In this document: positions 39,291 to 52,436 of the stretch, one piece after another
Layout: each line of letters begins with the position of its first letter
How positions within the stretch are numbered: position 1 is the first letter of the stretch
Assembly (NCBI RefSeq): GCF_006345805.1
Contig: NC_043002.1
Coordinates: 46,996,001-47,060,000, forward strand
Length of the DNA: 64,000 nucleotides
Source: Octopus sinensis
Lineage: Eukaryota
Direction of reading: 5' to 3'
Position numbers and translations under genes: made by a program
Notes under the pieces: model-generated
The model's database searches: none
What the model was told of the DNA's origin: nothing
The model's input: the letters and a program-made list of their open reading frames with translations, nothing else

Positions 39291-40726
39291 AGCAAAAATA
39301 TATAATTTTAATAATAATATTAAGAAGAAGAATGTGCATCACTGATTTTATAAACACCTGCATAGGTATGCAAAAACAAAAAAATGCACACACTATTAGA
39401 GTAGATATTTTTATGACTTGATGTTTATTACCTGTTCTATTATGGAATGGATTTACTATCTATTTTACCATTAGATAAATCGAAGTATGTAGAGTGGTAT
39501 ACTTTGTTCATGGACACCACACAGTCTTCATAATTATGTTATAACTCATACATATATATATATATATTTATTGATTGTAAATTTAATTTTAGCACCTTTT
39601 CAAACTCCACCTGTCTAACACCCGTGGACATGTTTACAAAGTCAGAAAACAGCACAGCTCCCATGACTTTCGGAAACATTTTTTCACGGCATCAGTTGTT
39701 AGTTGTCGGAGCACTGCATCATTCAAAACTTCCATGCTTCCTGAGATTCGCCAACACTGCACCCGATTTTCTCCCCTCCATACACATGCAAGCATGTATC
39801 TGACTCATACACTGTTCACTTTCCAGACATTTGTACATTACTGCATATGCTTTATATGCACTTTTGACAAGTTGTGGTGCACCTGAGGACTGTATACAAT
39901 AATTTCATTATTATTTAGTTATCATGCTTCAATACAGTAAATACACTATATATTCATAAGCTTTGTAAAAAAAAAGCCTCATTACATCTATCTCTCTGTA
40001 TTTTACTCATCTTTAGTGAAAATAACTGCAAGAGAAGCTCTAAACTAAAATCAAAACAATTTATGTTGCATTTATTTGTTAAAGAAGGCAGTATACCAAA
40101 CTCAGTGGTTTTGTTGAGCAATAAAAATATTAAGGGTGGATGTATAATTCATGATAATGACTCAGTTTATGCATATGGATACTGAAAGCTTAGAAATGTA
40201 CTGAAAGCTTGGAAATGTGAACCCTACTCTCAGTTTCTTCTCTTTATCCTAAGCCCTGAAGAGTTCAGGACTAGATGTTCTTGGGAATGTTTGATGTTCT
40301 ATCTCTCATTATATAATATTGAAGAAATTTGCAATAAAATCAAGAGGAAAAGAAAAACTATAAGAAGCAAAAGATGCAGATACTCATTAGGCTTTTTTGA
40401 ATATCTAGGTTGACCAGTGTAGAACTGCAGTGAGTTGAGAAAGCAGTTAGATATGAAAGGCCTTTGTCAGTTAATGTAGGAAATATAACTATACACATTT
40501 GGGCAATTGGGCATAGAATAAAATGGGGCCTTTAAGCTATTGCCCTTTTAGCTCAAAGGGCAATAGCTTGAAGGCCATATTTTATTCTTTGTATGGCAAA
40601 GGGTATCCCAAATTTATTGGTATTACTTAGCATCTTCTTGAATTTGAATAGGGTCTCAGCTTAGTAAGGACACATTGTTCAAATATTGGCTAACCTATGT
40701 AAATCAGTTTAGGGAGAGAAAGAAAG

Positions 40727-40807
<81 letters not shown>

Positions 40808-41994
40808 ACCATAATGATATTGATTATAAACTTTAACGGAATTGCAATATTTCATGATAAACCCAAGTAAAAGCTCACTGAAAATATAGAATAACTGAAG
40901 GATAGTAAATAATTCTACGAATATTCTTGGTTGATTGATAATGTAGCACAACATTGGAGTCAGCTGAATTAAATACAATCTTTAAAGCCAGGAGGTGAAT
41001 GTAGTTCGCTGCTGAAGCTGCTGGCAAAGAATATAGATTTACTTCAACACCCTTGCCGAAATGCAATATCATTCTTATAGGAACCTATAAGTATGATATT
41101 AATAAACAGTTTAGAGGCAGTAACTCTGATTCATACATAGGAGTTTTAGAATGTCTTGTTATGAATATAATTGAGAAAAAAGTGCCATTCTGAAGGTATT
41201 GATTAGTGCCCAATATGGTGTAGAACTAAGTAGGCAGATTTGCAACCAATACCTTTTAGCTTTCCTTGCAAAGTGTGGAAGGAGTTGGTGACTATACTTG
41301 CCAAGATTAAACTCACATCCAACTGCTTGTCCCCATGCAATATATAATTTCTCTCACTGATTTTTACTCTGTCTCACTCCTTTTATATTTTTCACTTTCT
41401 TCTTTCTGATGGAGGGCTGATGTCCTTTTCCATTAAAACTTTAATCTAATGACGTATTTGTTGAACCTTGTCCCTCTTGTGTTGTCTTTTTTTTTTTATT
41501 GTTCATTGTATTTATACAAAACACACTCATATACTATATGTGTGTGTGTGTGTGCATGACAGTAACTATGCAAATATGTAGATATGAATGTGTGTTACTA
41601 CATACGTATATAAATAACAGTTTAATGGAAAGAGGAAGTATCTTAACAGTTCAGGCATTAGCCTTTCATCAGAAGAAAGAGAAAAAAACGTAGTGGAAGT
41701 GAGAAAGAAGAATAGTTGGTGAGAAAGAGAGAGAGAGAGAGAGAGAGAGAAATAGATAGATAGATAAATAGAGATAAAGTATATGTATATATGACTGCAT
41801 TTAGTGATATTGTTTTCATTTAAAATACACTTTTTTGTTACTTATTAACTATGCATCTATCTTTTAAGTTGTTTACTTATATATAACTGTTTTTGTGTTT
41901 CTTAAATGGCTTATAAACACCTTCCACACTGCAATTGTTTTCGTTCCAGCACACGATCTCAGATCAAGTCACTCGCTATGCAAGTACATCTCTG

Positions 41995-42034
<40 letters not shown>

Positions 42035-42048
42035 GACACACACACACA

Positions 42049-42099
<51 letters not shown>

Positions 42100-42799
42100 G
42101 TATATATATATATGTATAAGTATTGTGTATTAAATGTTGTCATCATCAATTTTCATGTAGATTTCCATGAATGAATTAACTCAGCCTCTCATCACCCTTA
42201 TTGTTGACTACCCGTGACCAAACACACTAACAACTAATTCCACAGTGTCTACTCTATGGGTATTCACTCCCTTTCTGTATTTTCGCAGCAGCGATCAAAT
42301 TATAGCTGTTGAAAAGAAATATTGGCCACATTCATCTTACAAGACTAGAAGGGCTACAAATGTAATGGGTACAGTCCCTTCTGATAGGTCACTACTTAAT
42401 GTAATGAGCCAAAACATACTTACCAAGCTTAAACTTGCATCCAGCTGCATGTCTCCGTGCAATATTTATTTAGATTTCAAAGTTGTCTCCCCGTGACTTT
42501 CTTGTCTAGAATTAATAATTAAGCTAACGGTTATTTTTCTCTTCCTTATCAGTGTAATTTTAATTAATTAAAATGTTTTGGCTCGTTTCATTAAGTATTG
42601 GCCTGTCAAAAGGGGCTGTGAACATTACGTTTGTTGTCCTTCTAGACTTGTGAGATCGATGTGGCTGATATTTCTTTTCAGTAGATGCAATTTGATGACT
42701 GCAAGGAAAACATGGATTGAGAGTTAATAACTTTAGAGGGGAAGATCTGGAATTAGTTGTTAGTGTGTGTGTGGTCATGGGTACTCCATATGGGTGATT

Positions 42800-43015
42800 A
42801 AGGCAGTGAGCTGGCAGAAACATTAGCATGCTGGGTGAAATACTTAGCAGTATTTTGTCTGTCTTTACATTCTGAGTTCAAATTTTGCAGAGGTCAACTT
42901 TGCGTTTCATCCTTTTGGAATCAATAAATTAAGTACCAGTTGCATACTAGAGTTGATCTCATCGACTGGCCCCTTCCCCCAAAATTTTGGGCCTTGTGCC
43001 TAGAGTAGACAAGAA
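42800..43015 (+). mobile_element. SINE family B
   Basis: GGCAGTGAGCTGGCAGAAAC head and family core. Confidence 0.75.
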
Positions 43016-43423
43016 TATGGGTGATGAGTGGCTGAATTGATTCATTCATGGAAAAACTGATGATGATAATATTTAATATACAATGAATAATACTTACATG
43101 CATAAGTAAACAACTTAAAAGATATGTATATAGTTAATAAGTAGCAAAAACAGAAGTGAGGTAATGTAGTTTAAACGATGGAAATATGACCACTAAATGC
43201 GATATACATATATTCTCTCTCTCACCAACTTTTCCTCTTTCTTACTCCCACTATGCTTTTTCTCTTTCTTCTGCTGAAGGGCTGATACCTGAAATGTTAA
43301 GATACTTTCTCTTTCTATGAAACTGTTATTTACATACATATGTAGTAACACACATGCATATCTACATATCTGTGTATTTACAGTCATGCACACATACACA
43401 GATATATGCATATAAGGTGTGTG

Positions 43424-43464
<41 letters not shown>

Positions 43465-43469
<5 letters not shown>

Positions 43470-44696
43470 CAATTAAGGAACGGCCATAATAGGCCATTCA
43501 CCCACTAGAAATAACAGCCAAAGCTTCTACCGCAAATAAAGATTAATTCCGTAAACAGGAGAAAATTAAAAAAACATTTACCTTGTAATTTCTTGTACGG
43601 TATACCGTTTCATCCGCTGTTTAATGGTAAACTAACCTGATTAAATTAAATCAAGCCAACCTTCCATAAGCCCTCGGATTCTTCAGCAAGAAATAGCTCA
43701 AGTCGGAACAGATATTTACACGAGGCATACCCAATCTTGCCAAGGCAATATCTGACCTAAAATTTTCAAATCGTCGCACTCGCGCCAAATTTATCGGCAG
43801 CAAATAAATATCAGCCGTCGATTCCATTACGGAATTAACCAAAAAATTCATAATTAATCAATATAGTGTGGCAAGGAAAATTTTGTAGAATTTTATTGCC
43901 ACCAGCGGCCCAGTGGGAAAAAATTAAATAGTCATAGACCATTTTTAAGTTCAACATTAACAATTAAGGAACGGCCATAATAGGCCATTCACCCACTAGA
44001 AATAACAGCCAAAGCTTCTACCGCAAATAAAGATTAATTCCGTAAACAGGAGAAAATTAAAAAAACATTTACCCTGTAATTTCTTGTACGGTATACCGTT
44101 TCATCCGCTGTTAATGGTAAACTAACCTGATTAAATTAAATCAAGCCAACCTTCCATAAGCCCTCGGATTCTTCAGCAAGAAATAGCTCAAGTCGGAACA
44201 GATATTTACACGAGGCATACCCAATCTTGCCAAGGCAATATCTGACCTAAAATTTTCAAATCGTCGCACTCGCGCCAAATTTATCGGCAGCAAATAAATA
44301 TCAGCCGTCGATTCCATTACGGAATTAACCAAAAAATTCATAATTAATCAATATAGGGTGGCAAGGAAAATTTTGTAGAATTTTATTGCCACCAGCGGCC
44401 CAGTGGGAAAAAATTAAATAGTCATAGACCATTTTTAAGTTCAACATTAACAATTAAGGAACGGCCATAATAGGCCATTCACCCACTAGAAATAACAGCC
44501 AAAGCTTCTACCGCAAATAAAGATTAATTCCGTAAACAGGAGAAAATTAAATAGGTGAATGGCCTATTATGGCCGTTCCTTAATTGTTAATGTTGAACTT
44601 AAAAATGGTCTATGACTATTTAATTTTTTCCCACTGGGCCGCTGGTGGCAATAAAATTCTACAAAATTTTCCTTGCCACCCTATATTGATTAATTA
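43465..44696. repeat. ~2.2 tandem copies of a 490/491-bp unit plus a 143-bp foldback, bounded by (TA)n
   Basis: Unit starts at 43465, 43956 and 44446; 44554-44696 is the reverse complement of 44341-44483. Confidence 0.92.
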
Positions 44697-45140
44697 TATA
44701 TATATATATATATATATCATCATCATCATCGTTTAACGTCCGTTTTCCATACTAGCATGGGTTAGACGGTTTGACCAGGGTCTGTGAAGCCAGGAGGCTG
44801 CACCAGGCTCCAGTCTGATCTGACTGTTTCTATGGCTGGATGCCCTTCCTAACGCCAACCACTCTGTGAGTGTAGTGGGTGCTTTTTACGTGCCACCGGC
44901 ACAGGTGCCAGGGGAGGCTGGCAACGGCCATGGTTGGTTGGTGCTTTTTACGTGCTGAACTATAAAAAAAGACAACAAAGTAGGGACATTGTTTAACAAA
45001 TATGATATTAGATTAAAGTTTTAATGGAAAGGGAAAATGCCTTAATGTTTCAGATATCAGCCCACCATCAGGAGAAAGACAAAAACATAGGAGTGAGAAA
45101 GAGTAAGTCTGTGACAGATAAGAGGGAGAATATAAATAAT

Positions 45141-45179
<39 letters not shown>

Positions 45180-45393
45180 ATATTTATATCATTGTTTTGT
45201 GGCATTGTTTTCATCATTTAAAATACCCATCTATTTTATTTTATTCTAGTTGTTTACTGATAAAGAACATATCAGATATTGCATAAGAGAAGTTTTTATT
45301 TATTTAGAGAAGCATTTATCAGGATATATTTTATGAAATATTTTTGTCATAATTTTCAAAATCTTTGAAATTTTGTATTCAATTTGATTTTAG

Positions 45394-45703
45394 ATTTTGA
45401 TGAACAAACTGCTGATGACTGGGATGTTGACATGCGTGGTTATTATGAACCAGGCTCTGAGGACATGGATGGGCGAGACTTCATAGCCATGAGACAGAAA
45501 AATAGACTTTCTGAAGATACAGGCTATAAAGACCGTGTTGATTTAAAAATTGGTAAATTTGAAAAACATACAAGAGGTTTTGGACGTAAAATAATGGAAC
45601 AGCTTGGCTGGAAAGAAGGCGAAGGACTTGGAACCACTTCTTCTGGAATGGCAGAAGCCCTTGAGAATTTTGGGAAAAATCCCTACAACAAGTCTGGTAT
45701 TGG
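45394..45703 (+). CDS. GPATCH3: GPATCH3 exon 4 (G-patch domain)
   Basis: DFDEQTADDWDVDM, IGKFEKHTRGFGRKIMEQLGWKEGEGLG..GIG; phase 1 to 2, donor GTATGT. Confidence 0.97.
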
Positions 45704-46393
45704 GTATGTTAAAGAGTTTCACTTCTTCACTGGTTCTGAGAAATATGCTTCTTGGTTTTTTTGTCTGAAATCATATCCAGATCAAATTAAATAGTGAATA
45801 GATATAAGACATGTTGAGATCATGAATGGTGGAGTTGAAGCAGTGCATGCTACAATGTAGATGGAAGAAGAGATTTAAAGGCAAAGTTGAAAAAAGAAAA
45901 CACATGTCAAATGTAGCAAAGAAAGGTGCTATGTTTGGGTCTCTAATTAATAATTAAATTTAGTAAATAATTTATTTTACTTAAGTTACAAGATTAGTAT
46001 TTTAGGGAAATGTAAAATTAATTGCATCAACTCTGCTACATTGCTGGTACATATTTTGCCGATCCCCAAAATATGCAAAGTAAATGTTGGCTTCTGTGGA
46101 ATTTGAGCTTGGAGGAGTGATATAATGTACTGTAATCTATTTAGTTCAGCACATTACTATCTCTGTTCCTTCCATCAGCTTTATTTAAGGATGCAGTAGG
46201 TATTTTTCAGGATCAGACTGTAAAATGAAATCATTTAAAGAAGAATGCATCAATTTGCAATCTTTATTATTTTCTAAACTTCTTGTTTACTATTCAGCAT
46301 ATAATTATTGATTGTTAACTGAAAGTTCTTTGTGTATGTTGCATCTTTAGTAATTTTTCCCTATTACACAATTTTGCTTTTGTTCTTTTTCAG

Positions 46394-46562
46394 GTTTCGT
46401 AAGTCACAACTGTCTAAAAAACAATGGTATATGAGCAAACGAGAAGAATATGACTGTGATATTCCATTTATTTCAACTATATATGATAATCCGTCGATCA
46501 CAGATCCTGAAGAGACCCTACTTAGAAGAAATGAACCTTATCAACTTAAAAGAAGAAAATAA
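46394..46562 (+). CDS. GPATCH3: GPATCH3 exon 5 (terminal)
   Basis: Acceptor TTCTTTTTCAG; FISTIYDNP..EETLLRRNEP..*; total CDS is 1821 nt (606 aa plus stop). Confidence 0.92.
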
Positions 46563-46596
46563 TCTGAATATTTAATTATAGTTATTTTTATATTGA

Positions 46597-46602
46597 AATA
46601 AA
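46597..46602 (+). terminator. Candidate polyadenylation signal AATAAA
   Basis: 34 nt after the GPATCH3 stop codon, followed by T-rich sequence. Confidence 0.5.
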
Positions 46603-47280
46603 TATTTTTGTACACTATTAAAGTATTTAAAAAATTTTTTCTTTAATTAAATATTAACAATAGAAGGCCAAATTGAATGCATTACAATACTTAGATTCAC
46701 ATTTTCAGCTGAAATACCATCATCCATGCATTTTCAGTCAGAAATATTGTTTTATTCTGGCATGAATTAACCAGGTCTGTCCCAATTCAGTGATACACTA
46801 TTTGTTGCAATCATCTGTCACTTCTTTTATAAGACTGAATATCTTGAGATAAACTTTCATCATTTCTTCTTATAATTTCTTTTTCCTTAAACTCTTTCAA
46901 CTTGGATTGCTTGAGCCTGATTCACCCAAATGTCATTCTTCATACAGATCAGATGTCCATACCAATACAGCTTTTCTTTAACCTATTTTTCTCTCAGCTC
47001 ACTTGTGCCTTGTCTTTCATGCACACTGTTCATACACATCCAACAGAACATACTTACTTATTTTATTTCTATACTTTCCTGTATATCTTTGACTTGCTCG
47101 GAGGTTATATTTCTTGGTCACACTAGCGTACAAACAAGTATTGATATGCAGTATTTATTATTTATGCTTTAGAGTTGTAAATTTTTACTTCTTGTCTGTT
47201 TTTTATAAAGATGTATTGAAGCTTTGTTTTTATGAAAAATATTCAGCTCGGATCAATGTTGGTTTTAGAAATATTTCTTC

Positions 47281-47338
<58 letters not shown>

Positions 47339-47679
47339 TGCAGTAATCAGAGAAGATGCTTTCTGTGTTGTTAAGTAGTTTATTATTGCTCTTATCATAA
47401 CCTTTTACAATGGTTCACTGCAGTCGCTAAAACACACCCACCAAAACAGTATCAAGCACCTCACTAGGTTCAAATTTTAATACTTTTGGTGTCCTCTATT
47501 TTCCCAATCTCTTTGTTGCCAATACATGTAGTTCTTCTTTTCCTCTGGAGGCACAAATGTATAATATGTTATATTTGCTCAAAGCCTCAGAGAATAGACA
47601 GTTCTAAGTGATTATCTTTGTTTCCATCCTATATAATCACAGTTCACTCGAACATTAATGTTTCTAGTGAACTTTTATT

Positions 47680-48700
47680 ATATGAGATGGAATCACTTTT
47701 GCCTTGCCCATTGAGTTTCTTTTGGTAAAACTCACTCGCGAACGAGGAGTTGCGGGAGAGGACAAATTTGGTCAAACGAAGAAGTGTGAAGGTGTCAGGT
47801 TGAAGGTCTGACCGAAGGTCAAGGAAGTCTTTAAGTGCAAAAAGGCTTTCGTTGTGTGGGATTACCGTATACAAAGATTTAATGTCAAGAATGAACAGAA
47901 GTTGAGAGGGGCCAGAAGGGAAGGAGAAAGAAACAGATAGAGAACATGATTGGTGTTGTGAATGTATGTGGGTAGGGAAACCACTAGAGAGGTAGGACCA
48001 TGATCAAGATCATTTCAGTGTGGCAGTTGCAGGTGGAGACGATGGGGTGGTCAGGCTTGTTGAGCTTGTGAATTTTGGGAAGTAAATAGTGTAGGGGGGT
48101 ACGGACAATGAGGTTGGAGGCAGTGGGAGGAAGACGGGAGGAGGAAATGAGGTCGTGAATGGTGGAGGACACAGTCGGTTGGTAGTTAGGCATTAGGTTG
48201 GAGGGCAGAGGGAAATAGGTGTCTTGAAGTTGACGGAGAGCTTCAACCCTGTAAAGGTCTGTATGCCACACCACTACAGTTCCACCTTTGTTGCGGCATC
48301 AGAGACAGTGAAGGGTCGAGAGTTCAGCCAGGGTAATGTTGAAATGTCAGGAACTCCTGCAAAATTTGAACTGGTCAACAACACATTGGCAGATGCTTGC
48401 AAATTGATCAACTGCTTGGAACTGGCCAGAAGCTGGCGTCCAGTAAGATGGTCGGCGACCCAGGCTGGTGAAGCAGTTTTCTTCATTAGATGCAGGTAGA
48501 GTGTTGTGGAATAGCGCTTGTAGCCTGACGCGGTGCATAAAGTGTTGGATATCAGCACAGGTCTGAAACTTGTTACTGGATGTAGTGAGAGAGATGAAGA
48601 GCAGACTCTTACTAAGAAAAGAGCACTCTGCTTCAAAGAGTGGGGGGAGGAAGATCAGGAGGAATGAAAAACAACAGACTGGAGCGTGGTGAAGGTGAGT
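47680..48700 (-). mobile_element. Decayed Penelope-like element (RT)
   Basis: YLLPKIHKLNKPDHPIVS, LYTVIPHNE..LLRLTKFVL; several frameshifts. Confidence 0.8.
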
Positions 48701-49875
48701 TAGGTGGGGAGGGGTGGTGATAGGCTGGGAGAAGGCAGGAGGAAATAGTGTTTAGGAAGGATGGGAATGAGGATGAGGGGGGAGAGGTGTGGGTATAGTG
48801 GCATCGGGTGAGACAGGATGAAAGAGTGAGTGGAGTTTATGTTGTCTGGAGTGGGCGAGAAATGTAATTTAAGTGGAGGATAAAGCCCAAGGTGGAATGG
48901 GCAACGAATGGTAAGCAGCAGGAAAAAAGGAGGAATAAGTGAGAGGAAGGTGATCAAGCGTGTGTATTTTGAAGAGATTTCACACACACACGTGCGCGCA
49001 CATTCACTCACGCTCAAACGCGAGTGGTTGTAATGATAGGGGAGAAAAAAGATAGAGTACACACACATTTATGTGTGCGTGTGTGCATGCATTCACATAT
49101 AGTATCAAAGGGAAATAAATATTGAACATGAATAGGAAGAGTTCTCTCCCTTAAATTGTCATTTGAAGCCGTAGTGATGAATGTGTAGTTAAGACATTTG
49201 CTTTCCAACAAATCACAGATTCGATCCCACCGTCTGCGGACTTTAGCTATTTGCTTCTACCTTAACTTCGAATTCAGCAATAATTTCATTGTGGAATTTC
49301 GACGATTGAAAGTTTGCTGTAGCGTCGGTCTATGTTTATATGTTTAAATCTGAGTCAGCGCGGATTGCTATTCGGTTTCCTCGTCCGCAGCGTTGAAGTG
49401 TGTATGAATATGATAGGCTTCGGCAGACTATGAGTTAACGAAATTCAATCATAAAGTTATGGCTGAATTGGAAGTTAAGGTAAAAGATACGAACCCAAGC
49501 TTCCACATATTTGAATCAAATCTGTAAACAAATGGGAGAGAACTCTCAATATTTGCTTTACGCATTTATTTCCCTTTGGCAATATATCCGATGCATACGC
49601 ACACACACACACACGTATTTTCATTCTTTTGGTAATTTCTGTTAGAAAGCGTCATGCTGGGGCAACACCTTAAAGAATTTTATTCGAATGAACGAACTCC
49701 AGTACTTATTTTTTTCTTAAGCCGTAATCTATTCCATCGGTCTGTGATGTTGAACCGTTAAGTTACGCAGGCATGAATGAACCACACCATTTCTGAAGCG
49801 GGGACAAACACAAGATACCCACCCCCATTCCACACACACACACACGCACACGCACGCACGAACGCACGCACACAC

Positions 49876-49926
<51 letters not shown>

Positions 49927-50209
49927 CACACACAAATGTGACAGGCTTTCTTCAGTTACACTCTTGTGAATCCACTCACAAGGCCCGAAGATATAGCAGA
50001 AGTCACAGGAACCATGTGACTGGAAGAAAAAAACAAACAAATTTCTTACCACACAGCCACATTTGCGCCTTCGTGTGTATGTGTATGTCTCAGTCTGTCT
50101 CTCCGTCCATCCGTCTGTCTGTCGTCCGTCTGTCCGTCCGTCTGTCCGTCCGTCCGTCCGTCCGTCCGCCAGTCCGTCTGTCCGTCTGTCTATCTGTCTG
50201 TCTGCCTGA

Positions 50210-50250
<41 letters not shown>

Positions 50251-50409
50251 TGTCTGCCTGTCTGCCTGTCTGTCTGTCTGCCTGTCTGTCTGTAACAGTA
50301 TATTTATTCGAATTAAGCTATAAGTGCTCTAGATTATAACCCTTATACATATGGCATTTTTAACGTATGTATATTGCATTGAGGGACTTTGTCGTTTTTA
50401 TTGTTATCA

Positions 50410-50612
50410 TGCGAGCAGAATCGTTAGCACATCGGTCAAAATGTTTAGCAGCATTTCGTCCGTCTTTACGTTCTGAGTTCGAATTCCGCCGAGGTCGACT
50501 TTGCCTTTCGTCCTTTCGGGGTTGATGAAATAAGTACCAGTTACGCACTGGAGTTGATGTAATCGACTTAATTCCCTCTCCCAAGCTGCCCTTGTGGCAA
50601 AAAATTGAAATT
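50410..50612 (+). mobile_element. SINE family B
   Basis: Family core GGTCGACTTTGCCTTTCGTCC. Confidence 0.75.
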
Positions 50613-50617
50613 ATCAT

Positions 50618-50693
50618 TCTTCTTCTTCTTCTTCTTCTTCTTCTTCTTCATCTTCTTCTTCTTCTTCTTCTTCTTCTTCTTCTTCTTCTTCTT

Positions 50694-50722
<29 letters not shown>
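50618..50722. repeat. (CTT)n microsatellite
   Basis: Near-perfect trinucleotide run; source of the spurious poly-K ORF. Confidence 0.95.
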
Positions 50723-50724
<2 letters not shown>

Positions 50725-52337
50725 TCATTATTATTATTGAGTGAGAGAACAGCGCATGCCATAAAAGTGACAGTGGGGTAAAATATACAAAGCCCAGTAT
50801 ATCAATCACGACTACTCGTCTGATAAGGGTATATCAAGCTCATGCATCACAACCATGTGTGCGCGACACATATCAAGATAAACAACGCATGACCTTGCAG
50901 ATGGGGCCCAGTTAGAATTTTCTTCAGGTCGAGTAGCCCATTCCCTGAATAAAAGTTGTTTAAGGATGATGAACAAAACTCCCGTGTTTCCAAAGGTGAA
51001 TTATCCAAACCCCAAATAATTCTTCTCAACATGGCTATGATGCTCCCCCATTACTTCTGCTCGTGATCAGAGATACGCATATCGCCAGCAACTATATAAA
51101 GGGATATTTTCCGAGACGGCTACCGCAGACTCTGATTTTTCAACGATAAGCGTACGTTATGTCATCGAGGACGAGAAGAACAAATTGCGATGTGCGCTGA
51201 CCCACTCTTGAAGAAATAAGAATATTCAGAGATACATACGTAGAAACGTGCATGCATGCATACATACATGGTGGCTGCCCCCTCGTTATCGAGTATGGCC
51301 ATTGCACGAAGCTTAATCGATGTTGTTATCGTGCAATGCCTGTGCAAGAAGATTTTTTTTTAAAAGTGAGGAAAGGCTGTGCACTGAGTCAATCCCACTC
51401 ACTAAGCAACAGCAGCCATAATTCGAAAAGAAGAACAAGTCAACATCATCGGTAACCACTGAGTCGCAGGTTTTATGTCGGAGTTATCCCAGTTACCTGA
51501 GCTACATTCTCCTAGAAGGATGCCCTAACAAAGGCTAGGAGTCCTTCACTCCCAATGGTTTAACCGCGCGATCGGGTATTCAGTCCGATTATTTCTATGT
51601 CCCCGCGCATGATACAGCCTTAAGACATTTATTGGATGACCGTTGACTCTCAAGAGTTCCTCCGCCCTTTGACGGGTTTTGTTTTTCATCCCGCAGGGTG
51701 TCCAATAAACACCCTCCTCACCAAGCAAGCTTGGTGGGGTTTCCGGTTTAGTTGCCGACGACCCGACCATGCAACAGGTTGTACTGGGTTACATGTTACC
51801 AGTAGCACTTGAAAGTGACCTGACATACATACATACATACATACATACATACAGACAGACAGACAGACAGACTCATGTGGAGAGTGATCAGGATAAATGT
51901 TCATACATAGTCGCAAAACAAAAGAGGACTACATGACCATCCAATAACATTACAATCAATGGCCATTTTATCCCCAATATCCAATGGTGAATGTTAAAAG
52001 TACTTAGGAATAGACGAAAATATTTTTATGATGGAACCTTAACAAGGAGCGTGTAAACGGAAAATAACACCAGAATAAAGAAAATATCGTCCTTGAAAAG
52101 TTTTTGAAAGCGATAAATAAATTGCCCAAAGTATGTCTGCTTTACTTGTACTTAATACCGAGAGAAAGGAAGAATGCATGTGTGTGATTTTGCTTGTTCT
52201 TGTGTGTACTTGCGCATGTGCGTTCTGGTGAATGTGTGTGGATGCATGTTTGTATGATGTACTTGGTTCTATCAGGGAGTGCATGTTTGCACGTGTGATT
52301 GTGAGTATGCTTTCTTGCATGTGTGTTGTGCGTGTGA

Positions 52338-52392
<55 letters not shown>

Positions 52393-52436
52393 TGTAGTCG
52401 GTTCTATGTGTAAGTGTGTGAGTCTACGTGTGCATG

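Noticed and set aside
43465-44696. NUMT or ordinary TIR transposon as the source of the 490-bp unit
   Set aside because: No mitochondrial gene or tRNA motif recognised and the two ends are not inverted repeats; a database search is still needed.
49459-49479. Possible first coding exon MAELEVK|GTAAAA in a CpG-retaining region
   Set aside because: Too short, and no downstream exons could be linked.
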